From a virus, in the IMG/VR virus record IMGVR_UViG_3300027779_001649, positions 24,824 to 88,823 of that record: a stretch of DNA of 64,000 bases; one strand, written 5' to 3'. Below, one piece after another: positions 38,501 to 47,200 of this stretch (the first letter of the stretch is position 1; every line of letters begins with the position of its first letter). The notes under the pieces were generated by a model. That model had not been told where the DNA came from. It saw only the letters and a list, made by a program, of their open reading frames with translations, and searched no databases. Position numbers and translations under genes: made by a program.

Positions 38501-41500
38501 TGACCTACATCACCAACCCTATGACCAGTAAAATTATCTACCACAAACCCAGATTTAAATCTACTAAGACCATTTGAATCTTGTATTTCAAAACTCTCTG
38601 CATCCCTTTCTAAAAGAGACAACGCAGTATAATATTCTACATTCTCTATACGATCTTCAAGTCTACCAATATCTCTCATGGTATATCTTTGATTTTTCAT
38701 CTTCACAGTTCTAACAACTTGAGGACGCATAGTATAGGCTGGTAAGAATATTTCTAAAAGTTTCATCATACCATCTGGTTCTTTTGGTTTTTTTGGAAGT
38801 TCTGCTGATTCACCTTCAGTGATAACCACTAAACCAGCATTAGTCATATGCACTAACGTCCATCTAGGTAGATAGTATTCAAAATCACTTTGGACTAAAG
38901 CACCAGGCGGTGGAAAGTTAACCGTGGAAGAACCCGTACCATCAAACTGTCTATGATAGAAATCAAATGTATTACTTGTAACTTCATCGGTAACACCCAC
39001 TGTGGAACTTGTACCAGAAGCATCTTCAACCCTAGGACGGAAATCAAAAACATCCTGTAGAGGATATTGACCAGTAGGTTGTGGATCATCTGGATCAACT
39101 TTAGATGCAGAGTATATTGGAATATCTTCATAATCCATTTGATTTGCGACATCAATATAAGAATCAGCCGTGAAAACATCGCCGGGGCCGTGTTCCATGT
39201 AATCGTAAATAACGGAAAGTCTACCCAAAGGCGATTCGGAACCAGGCCGTCTAATTATTCTTGAGAAATCATAAAAGTTATCTCTCATACCAGTATCTAA
39301 AAGATACCTACTGGTTACTGGAACACTACCTCTTGTCAAGGAAGATATAACACCTGTTGCACTAGAGTCTGTTCCCTTTATGGTTTCTCCAACTATAAAT
39401 TCCACAGAATTCTTTTGTAGCACGTATTTGATTGGACTTGCGATATTAATGAGTCTAGCTTTCGCACCAGAAGTTTGTCCTATAATTTGTTCACCCTGAG
39501 TAAATACATTAATCATAGAACTCAAAAGTATAACTGGTAGAACTGCATCTACAGCTGGATCTTCTGAGTCAAAAATACCGACTATCTTAAACACATCAGC
39601 ACGACCCACAGATATTGATTTATCAGTAGGTCTTGTTCCATAAGCATCAGTAGCACCTGGCTTCACATCTAATTGTTTACATAACTTAACAGTTTTACTT
39701 TTTGCATTAATTGAAGTTTTAAGTAGTGTAGCAATAACCTTAACCTTTGCACCATTACCTAATGCAGTCACGTTAGATATAGTAACTGTTCCAGTTCCAG
39801 CACCAGAGAAACCAGTTCCAGCACTTATGATTTCTCCTTGTTGTGCAGAACCATTAACTCCTGCTGTAAGGACAGTCAAGGCATAAGCTGTTTCTGAGTG
39901 TGAAACAAATGTTTCATTTACCTCACCATTAATAGATATTGCACCCAGAGAACTTGCGTTTGTAATATACTGTCTACGAATTTGAAATTGGGTGTCACTA
40001 GTTCCACTATTGTTTGTGGTTAAATGAGTTTTAATTGTTCTTTTCGCCATCTTGAATATGGAAACATTCTTTTCTGAATCATACAAGGCAGCAACCTTCT
40101 TCTGGGAACCAGTTCCAGCCGAGGCACCTCTTTCTATAGATACATTGTCACCCAAACTTGTACTAACAGTAGTACCATCTTCCATTCTCAATAAGTCATC
40201 TGAATCACTTAGATCTGCATCGGTTCCATCCAGACGAGCAAAAGATGCATCCGTATTCTGTGTACTTAATGCAACGTCAGCACTGAAATCTTGTCCCGTA
40301 TCAGGGTCATCCATAAAGAATTGACGAACACTTGAAAAAGAGTTTATCTTAATACTAGAGATGGTTAAATCTGTATTACCAGAATCTTCAACTATTAAAT
40401 CTGCTTCTGCACCATCAGAGACTTTAATTTTTTCACCAGTTTGAAAATTACCAGCAACATTCGTTAAAATTACTTTAGAACCAGTGGTTCCATCTCCAAA
40501 CACAAATCCTGTAGCACCAGTTGTTACACCAGTTATCTGTACACCACCATTAGAATGATTTGCAATAAGAGTTGGACTAGGGGTAGCAGTTAGAGTTAAG
40601 AATGTAAATGGTCTAATATCAAATATGTATAATCTATATACTGATTCTATAGAACCAACTGCACCTGATGAATATTGCATAGTTCTTCCACGAGCTAGTC
40701 CGATTTTAGTTCCAGAAGAAGAACCTCTTGAAGTTGTTGGAGTATCATAAAGTTCTAACATCTTATAGGCGCTGGCTTCACCACTAATAAATGCAACATC
40801 AGGTTGACCATATATGTTAGTAATATTAACATAGTTACCAATCTCAAAGGTAGTAATTCCTGCATTTACCGTATTATAGTCTCTTGCTTTATTGAAATCT
40901 TTAAATGTTGGAGCTAACTTTTCTAGTTCAAAACCCTTAACATAAGCTTTACCAGGCGACATTTTCAGTGATAGTAAATCAGTTGAGGCTGCATTCCCAT
41001 CGTGGGTAGTTGAACCCGCTTCAAATACACCTTCATTCTCATTGTTCGTGACACACTCTTGAACTTCAAATTGGAATGGACGGACAGTATAATCCCCACT
41101 CTCATCAAAGGTTCTTCGTGCAAAGGTTCCTTCAATAGTACCGAATTCTGATTCACGAACCGCAGTTAAAATATGACCATCTCTAAGTGATAATAGAGTA
41201 ACAAATTCATCATCAGCAGTTGAACTTTCTGACAAAGAACTAAGTTTAGCTTCAATTTTTAATCTGTGAGCACCTTTCGCAGCAAAGTTAGACGAACCAG
41301 CTGCATTATCTGTAAGAGTACTATCTGCTTCTGGAGTAATAGTTGTTTCTGTAATTGCAAGACCAATCCTACCAGAAAATCTTGCATTGTATTTATCTAC
41401 TATAATTGTTTCTTCAGCTACCCTAACATAAGATCCTCTAATAAAATATACACCTTCTCCTATTGTCGCAGAAGCAGTATGTCCCTTAGATACGGCATCG

Positions 41501-42021
41501 CCAGTTCCACCTTGAGTGACTGTGCAAGATACAACATTAGAGGAATAAGAACTAGTATGAGTTATTCCTATATCAGCAGAAAGATTTTCCCCGGCAGTAA
41601 ATGCAGAGTCAGTAAGGTTAGTTCCACTTTGAATATATGTAATAAAAAGTGTCGCCGAATCTGTTGTGGTTGCGGCAGTGGATTTTATAACCATTGCCTT
41701 TACACCAGAAGTTGCACCAGTAACAATTACTGGAGTGTCTGCTATATATTGTGTAACATCAACTCCCTCGTTATTAAAATTTGTTTCTAATTTGACAAAA
41801 CTTAAAACTTGGAAACTAGCTTGACCAGGCACAACCATTGCACCCTCTTTAAAAAGATGTCTACCACTCGTTTCTATTTGATTTTTTAACAACGACTGTA
41901 GTTGAGTTAATTCTCTAGCTTGAACCGCAAAGCCTGGGCGAAAGAGTACTTGTTGAAAATTATCCCCGTATTCAAAGTCGTCATAATACGGGGCAACATT
42001 AAGATTTGATTTTTGAGCCAT
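35569..42021 (-). CDS. Large baseplate/virion structural protein (DUF4815/VrlC-like)
   Basis: NLNVAPYYDDF, VLFRPGFAVQARELTQLQS, ARRTFDESGDY, RYTMRDIGRLE, FKSGFVVDNF, DPLAQTF, IKDLRCIALA. Confidence 0.88.
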   Translation of the reverse strand: MAQKSNLNVAPYYDDFEYGDNFQQVLFRPGFAVQARELTQLQSLLKNQIETSGRHLFKEGAMVVPGQASFQVLSFVKLETNFNNEGVDVTQYIADTPVIVTGATSGVKAMVIKSTAATTTDSATLFITYIQSGTNLTDSAFTAGENLSADIGITHTSSYSSNVVSCTVTQGGTGDAVSKGHTASATIGEGVYFIRGSYVRVAEETIIVDKYNARFSGRIGLAITETTITPEADSTLTDNAAGSSNFAAKGAHRLKIEAKLSSLSESSTADDEFVTLLSLRDGHILTAVRESEFGTIEGTFARRTFDESGDYTVRPFQFEVQECVTNNENEGVFEAGSTTHDGNAASTDLLSLKMSPGKAYVKGFELEKLAPTFKDFNKARDYNTVNAGITTFEIGNYVNITNIYGQPDVAFISGEASAYKMLELYDTPTTSRGSSSGTKIGLARGRTMQYSSGAVGSIESVYRLYIFDIRPFTFLTLTATPSPTLIANHSNGGVQITGVTTGATGFVFGDGTTGSKVILTNVAGNFQTGEKIKVSDGAEADLIVEDSGNTDLTISSIKINSFSSVRQFFMDDPDTGQDFSADVALSTQNTDASFARLDGTDADLSDSDDLLRMEDGTTVSTSLGDNVSIERGASAGTGSQKKVAALYDSEKNVSIFKMAKRTIKTHLTTNNSGTSDTQFQIRRQYITNASSLGAISINGEVNETFVSHSETAYALTVLTAGVNGSAQQGEIISAGTGFSGAGTGTVTISNVTALGNGAKVKVIATLLKTSINAKSKTVKLCKQLDVKPGATDAYGTRPTDKSISVGRADVFKIVGIFDSEDPAVDAVLPVILLSSMINVFTQGEQIIGQTSGAKARLINIASPIKYVLQKNSVEFIVGETIKGTDSSATGVISSLTRGSVPVTSRYLLDTGMRDNFYDFSRIIRRPGSESPLGRLSVIYDYMEHGPGDVFTADSYIDVANQMDYEDIPIYSASKVDPDDPQPTGQYPLQDVFDFRPRVEDASGTSSTVGVTDEVTSNTFDFYHRQFDGTGSSTVNFPPPGALVQSDFEYYLPRWTLVHMTNAGLVVITEGESAELPKKPKEPDGMMKLLEIFLPAYTMRPQVVRTVKMKNQRYTMRDIGRLEDRIENVEYYTALSLLERDAESFEIQDSNGLSRFKSGFVVDNFTGHRVGDVGHPDYKNSIDMEAKELRPQHKMKGITLTESVSTDVERAGSGYSKTGDIISLPYTEVLLDEQPYATRIERLTPVLLSNWVGDLSITPTSDEWFETEIAPALVVNVDGNFDTVFNNNRNAIGTIWNAWQTQWSGVTSSRQSSGVEGANTVTRAIQTTRTDLRRTGMRTDVVQKIDMESQGSKVIARAVIPYIRSRNIAFEGHGFYPNTRVYAFFDNKAVSKYCTPGVGYSTNDESIVQGVAMVISASGLIKGTFQIPNPLAAGNPVWQSGELQFRLTSSDTNTTSIDPATAGETIYYAKGILETEQETILAVRNAEVVRRSVSENTSRSSSTSQILSVSPNVAAATDGDDGWDGDGGTDPLAQTFFIEELPVAVDTTSEGTQQTPGVFITSIDIFFAEKDDLLQTSLEIRNVVNGTPGTKVIPFGRVAKQPSEINLSQTATVATTYTFPSPVYLMNNTEYCFVMKSHSPNHKVWISRMGETEIGGSRQVSKQPHSGVMFKSHNNRTWAPSLMEDVKYVMRRAKFDIGTPGVVDLINSDVEVKALQDNPLTFENGSTTLRVKQPDHHMYSTANNVTISGVKSNAVTTLNGAISPESTSFLLASNSDFDDTTGKFAYDASSDWYIKIDDEILKYNTITTAGVSGVTRGMDNTTAASHADGTEVELYMIHKVPFTNINKTHTALSNITIDSYTVTLLVAPSISGGVTTAENGGSMVTASQNAIYNTCQPNISTLAVDGTAISAKLQPTTGTSASGTEVSFTKTTLSNASVMTLQENFELDATQMVCSLINETNELSGSKSLIMPLTLTSNNSYVSPIIDAQRMSFVAVANRINAIDDSTDVYPTSDFVASTDPEGDNNSAIYMTKKVTLENPATALRVFFAGYRHTSATIQVMYKILRTDDASDFDDLGWTNFNSTGATDTVTNPSLTYDDLQQYKFTAGVKDDGTDSSLDEFISFSIKIVMKGTNSSQPIRIKDLRCIALAT

Positions 42022-42025
42022 TGTC

Positions 42026-43522
42026 TTAGAATTCCACTATAAGTTTAATGTCCTCAGTCTGATCAGAGGAACGACTAATTGGTTTACGATTTTCAATATA
42101 AATTACTTCACCACTATCTGGTGCTAATTCTGGATTTGCAAACCCATTAGTAAAGGTAATCGTATTACCTCCGGCGAGAGTTACGGCTGAATCTGCACCG
42201 GCATCAGGTGTTCCTGTAGCAGCAGAAGTTGCACCTGTAATCTCATTCGCACCACTAAATGCAACATAAGCACCTGTGGTAGTTGCAGTTCCGTAATCTC
42301 CATATTTTTCCTGTTGATAATAGAGGATAGAATTTGAATTATCCCAATCCACTACTTTACCAATTGCACCCGTTGAAATTTGAGATATCTTTTCATCAAC
42401 ATCAAATGTCCCTGAGACAGAAGTAAGTTTCATACATCTTGTCATTCTTAATGTAGAGTCACTTGCAACTGTGGTGGTTCCATAATTATAAGGATTAACA
42501 ACAACACCAACTCTTCGGAAATCATTGGCAACGGTAAAGTCATCTCCCTCAGCTTGAGTGATTGTTGCGTTCATCATTATGTAATGTCCACCCAATTCTT
42601 CTATTGCATTATATCCATGTCCACCTTTAGGTGCAATTATAACACTTACAGAGGCACCACTAATGTTCATATTCGCAGTAGTCGTTAATGCGGAGTCTGA
42701 AAATGTATAACCAGAAGCAAGATTAACTGTTCCGAATGTGTACCCTGCACCAGCGTCATGAACCGTAGAATCTGTTCCAGCAGTCATTCCGAAAGATGCT
42801 ATCGCACCACCACTAATCACTAGACTTAGAACTGCACCAGAGGATGTTCCAGCACTTGTACCATCACCGTAAATTGGAACATAATAAGTTGCATCTGTTC
42901 CACCAGAACCAGCTGTTACTGCAATGGAGTCTATTGCACCATCTGTTGCAGCAGCACTTACTGTTGCATTAGTTGCTACGGGCATAAAATCTGTAGTTAA
43001 AAACTTTTCTACTTGTGAAGTATTAAGAGTATATACGTATTGAATGACATATCCACCAATCGCAAAGGGGTCAGTAGAAGTAGATGTCGGAGCAGAACCA
43101 CTATATGCAGCTCCAGCATTATTATCAAGAACTTTATAAACTCTATATGCATCTGTCATAAAGAAAAAGGTAGAGTCATATAAACTTGATGCACCAGAGG
43201 TTGCAGTAACAGAAGCACTTATGTTATGTTTGTACATATCATAAACTGTTCCGTTAACCCAATTTCTACGAGGTATTGAATAAGTAACATCACTGGAAGA
43301 TATTTTCTTGGCAGCAAGCATATCATCCCAATAGTAATACTCAGACGCAACATCATCAGAAGGAGTTGGGGGTGAGGTATCCGTTCCACCACTTGTTCCT
43401 GTGGTATAGGCTGTAGATTTTCCTAAAAAAATGTAATAGGAATCTGCCGATGCTTCACTAAACGATTCGTAAAACTGATTCGCATTGTGAATTCTAAATT
43501 TTTCTGTAATTATAGCTGCCAT
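42026..43522 (-). CDS. gp8: Baseplate wedge subunit
   Basis: MAAIITEKFR, IPRRNWVNGTVYDMY, VYKVLDN, PKGGHG, EDIKLIVEF. Confidence 0.9.
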   Translation of the reverse strand: MAAIITEKFRIHNANQFYESFSEASADSYYIFLGKSTAYTTGTSGGTDTSPPTPSDDVASEYYYWDDMLAAKKISSSDVTYSIPRRNWVNGTVYDMYKHNISASVTATSGASSLYDSTFFFMTDAYRVYKVLDNNAGAAYSGSAPTSTSTDPFAIGGYVIQYVYTLNTSQVEKFLTTDFMPVATNATVSAAATDGAIDSIAVTAGSGGTDATYYVPIYGDGTSAGTSSGAVLSLVISGGAIASFGMTAGTDSTVHDAGAGYTFGTVNLASGYTFSDSALTTTANMNISGASVSVIIAPKGGHGYNAIEELGGHYIMMNATITQAEGDDFTVANDFRRVGVVVNPYNYGTTTVASDSTLRMTRCMKLTSVSGTFDVDEKISQISTGAIGKVVDWDNSNSILYYQQEKYGDYGTATTTGAYVAFSGANEITGATSAATGTPDAGADSAVTLAGGNTITFTNGFANPELAPDSGEVIYIENRKPISRSSDQTEDIKLIVEF

Positions 43523-43538
43523 TTTCTCTTCCTCGTTT

Positions 43539-43546
43539 TATTTATG
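43539..43546 (-). promoter_or_regulatory. Late promoter CATAAATA upstream of gp8
   Basis: NATAAATA overlapping the upstream stop. Confidence 0.6.
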
Positions 43547-44237
43547 CACCAGCACCATATATGGTTTTAAGTGTAGTTCCCCCAGAATTTTTTAATAATA
43601 GTGTTGCAACTGATTTTAATTGAGCTGCACCTATGGCATCATCTGCCATATTTGCTTCTGCGACTGTATCTAATGCAATCATCGTCCCTGTAACTGTCCT
43701 TGAGTCACCAGAGGTAATAATATTACCTGTTACATCAGGAAAAGTGAGAGTACGATCAGCAGTAGGGTCAGTAACATCCAAGGTTGTTTCAAAACTATCG
43801 GCTTCCCCTTCTATTAATGCAAGGTCTACCGTTCCAGCAGATGCGGCTGTGGTTATATTTAGGACTGCATTTGTGGTGATTTGACCACTTGTCAATGTTC
43901 CTGTAGTAGTTAAATTCTCATCGTCAAAGGATATTGCACCAGAACTATCGGATATAGTTCCACCGATAAGTGTCATAGTACCTGGCTTCACAGTTGTACT
44001 TGTAACTGTTGATATCGTAGCTGAAACTTGAGTTCCTCCTACAATTCCATTAATGGTTGGAGCACTAAGAGTAATCACTGTATCCGTAGCTTCTATACCA
44101 CTAGAAAGAGTAGTCCCATCACCCAGTTTAGTATAGATTTCTAGTGTGTTATCATTAACTTTATCCATACCGTCACGTAGGTTGTCGCCTGTGCCGTCAT
44201 CTGCAGCTGAACCCAAATTTACATTTTGTCTGGACAT
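43542..44237 (-). CDS. gp9/gp10-like baseplate-fibre connector
   Basis: N-terminal NLGSAADDGTGDNLRDGMDKVNDN is the gp9/gp10 N-motif. Confidence 0.78.
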   Translation of the reverse strand: MSRQNVNLGSAADDGTGDNLRDGMDKVNDNTLEIYTKLGDGTTLSSGIEATDTVITLSAPTINGIVGGTQVSATISTVTSTTVKPGTMTLIGGTISDSSGAISFDDENLTTTGTLTSGQITTNAVLNITTAASAGTVDLALIEGEADSFETTLDVTDPTADRTLTFPDVTGNIITSGDSRTVTGTMIALDTVAEANMADDAIGAAQLKSVATLLLKNSGGTTLKTIYGAGA

Positions 44238-44256
44238 GATTACTCCTTTATTCCTT

Positions 44257-44264
44257 TATTTATA
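44257..44264 (-). promoter_or_regulatory. Late promoter TATAAATA
   Basis: Exact consensus, intergenic. Confidence 0.75.
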
Positions 44265-44269
44265 AGACA

Positions 44270-47200
44270 CTAAACCGTGGCATCGTAAGTTTGTTGCGTT
44301 GTATCATAAGTAGTTTGAGTAGAATCGTAAGTCGCATCAAACTCATCACTTTGTAATGTATAGTCAAATGGTGGTCTTGTACCTATTTCAAAGTCAACAT
44401 ATTCTCCAGCATTACTAGAACTACCATCTGTACCATTCAATAAGACAAAGCCTGGATGATGTTGTTCTAATATTATATGTATCATAGTCTCGCCTTCAAT
44501 TTTAGAACCAGCATTTCCTCCGATACCAGTAGTACCATCTAATACTAAACTATCTTGTGGACCTATTCCTTCTTGCATTAGTCCTACAGGTTGTCGTTCA
44601 TCTTGTAGTGCAATTCTACCAACTGCTTCTTTTCTAATAACTGCTGGTCTAGTAAAATGTACCAAATTTGAATCTTGAAAATTAATATCAGGTGCAACTG
44701 TTCCAGTTGCGTCTTCAGCTTCTAATGCAACAGATTCTAATTTGAATATTCCACCTAACTGTGGAGTGGTTGCATTTTCTACTATCATATTTTGACCTAA
44801 ACCTTCACTCTCACCATCCTCTTGAGCCATGCCACCATCACTCTCGGACATCACCCTACCCCAAGTATCCCCTTCTATTAGGAACACATCAAATCTAGAT
44901 TCTAAAATAACCTCCCCATCTTCATTACTTGTATCTACACTCTCTGCGAGAATTCGGCCGCCGGAACCACTGTCTCCGATACCCTTACCTTCTAAAGCCA
45001 AAGTAAATGCGGTTTCAATTTCATTAATAGAAATTTCACCATTAAGAATATCCTCTGAAACAATTTTCGCACCAGCACCTGTAGATGAACTGTCAATACC
45101 ATCTAGGACTAAATCATCTCCATAAGAATTAACATCATCTTGATTTAATAATCTGGAATTCGCATTAGAACTTGAACCATCTGTTCCATTTAATAACAAT
45201 AGGTTTGGTGTATTGACATCAACCCAAGTATCGGTAGCATATTCTAATGCAACTATATCATTAAAGGTTGCAGATTGTTCAAGAACAATATCATCATTGC
45301 TTCTGTATTGTAAGTCTTCTATACTTAGATCAGTACCATAGTCTGGGTCAGTTTCCTCTTCCCACACTAAATAATCACCAATATCGGCGACAGCACCAGA
45401 ACCTTGTTCAACACCGTCAAGTAGAATTACATCTCTCACTATGGTTGGAATTCTTCCAGAACTACCGTCTTCCATTTCCATATTATGAGAAGAACTATAA
45501 CCATCCTTAATTAAAGGCAGACCACCTGTCCACCCTCCTGCTTTTGCATAATAAATTGCTTGTGGTAGATTGACTGTTACTTTAACTTTCTGTAGAAGTT
45601 CTAATTCTTTATTATATGATGGGGCTGATGATCTTTCCGTACCCATGAGTACATTGTGATAATAATCTTCTGCAATTATATGTTCAGAACTGTCACTTAG
45701 TTCTCCCAAATAAAAACTACCAGCATTATCAACATTAGAATAAATGTAATCACCGGCGTTAGTAGAAGAACCATCAGTTCCATTTAAAACAATATAGTCA
45801 GAACTATTTTCTTGTTGTATTATATCTCCAGATTCATTTATGGTAAGATAACCAGTGTCATCCTCCATTCTAAAGAGATATGGAGATTCCATTCCTATTT
45901 TATCAAACACTTCACCTTCATTCCACCTACCTACTGATAACCTTCTTGGTATCTGTATTTGGAATATGTTATCAAACATAGAAGCTAGAGTTGGAGTAAA
46001 TAAGTCAGTATCACCTGTATAATCTATAACTCCTGTTGCGGTTGGGGTTTGTATAGATGCGGCAACTTGAGTTGCAATTGTAACCCTACCAAAAGCAGCA
46101 AATCCCGTGGGATGAATTGCTTTCTTTAATTCATTCATATAAAGATTGACTGATTGTCCTAGTCTTATCTCATAAGAAAAGTCTTGATAGAAATATGAAT
46201 CCTGTAGTTTAATAACACCATCACTAATATGGTGATCTGTATTTCTATAATAACCAGGCTTATCGGAAATAACATCCGTTCCAAATGTTAAAGTACCTGT
46301 ATCAGAAGATACAATTGTTGCAGTTGCACCATCATTATCTGTAATAGTTCCTCCAACAAAATCAGGTGCAGTTTCTTCTATTAAATAACTACCAGCATGT
46401 GAACCACTAGAATCCATACCATCTAAAAGTATGAAACATGTAGATGACCAATCTTCACCCTCATCTATAAATGCATCACCTGTCACATCAGGATAGTCAC
46501 CTATATTAAGACCACTCTCTTGCATGATTGAAGCACCCCAATCTTCTGCAAGAATAAAGTCTCCAGCATCAGCTTGTGGATAATTTCCATCTGTTCCTTC
46601 CATAACAATTCTAATATCATTTATTGCACCGTCAATAAAATCATTATCTATGGTTAGGTAGGTTCCCTCGCCGATAGTTACGTTCATACTATCTTCTAAA
46701 ATAAAGCCTTCTAGGTTTTCTCCCATTAATCTTGTGACATCACTAAATGACCCATCCAAAGAGATAGTAGCACTTCCATGATTAATAGTTTTGGAGGAAT
46801 CTACTACATATCTACCAAAGACATCTGGTTCATCTATTTTTACAGCAGTACGGTCTACAACTACTTTATGATGAGGATTTTCCATTAACAAATATTCTTG
46901 AGTATTATTAGTCGTATCTGCACACGCATCTTCTAATAGAAAATGTTCTGTATCATCAACACTTCTTTGATATCCTAATATTGGATCTGGAGTTGCCTGG
47001 AGAGTTCCTATAACTCTATCTTTATTAATCCAACCACCGCTCGTATGTAGCTGTATAGAACTTCCATCTAATTGTAATCTATCACCTCTAGAGAGAAATC
47101 CTCTTGGATACATAAGAGCATTTTCAAAGACGATCATATCCCCCTCAAAACGAGATTGTTGGGAGACAATAGGATTACCGAGATTATCTTCCATAATAAG

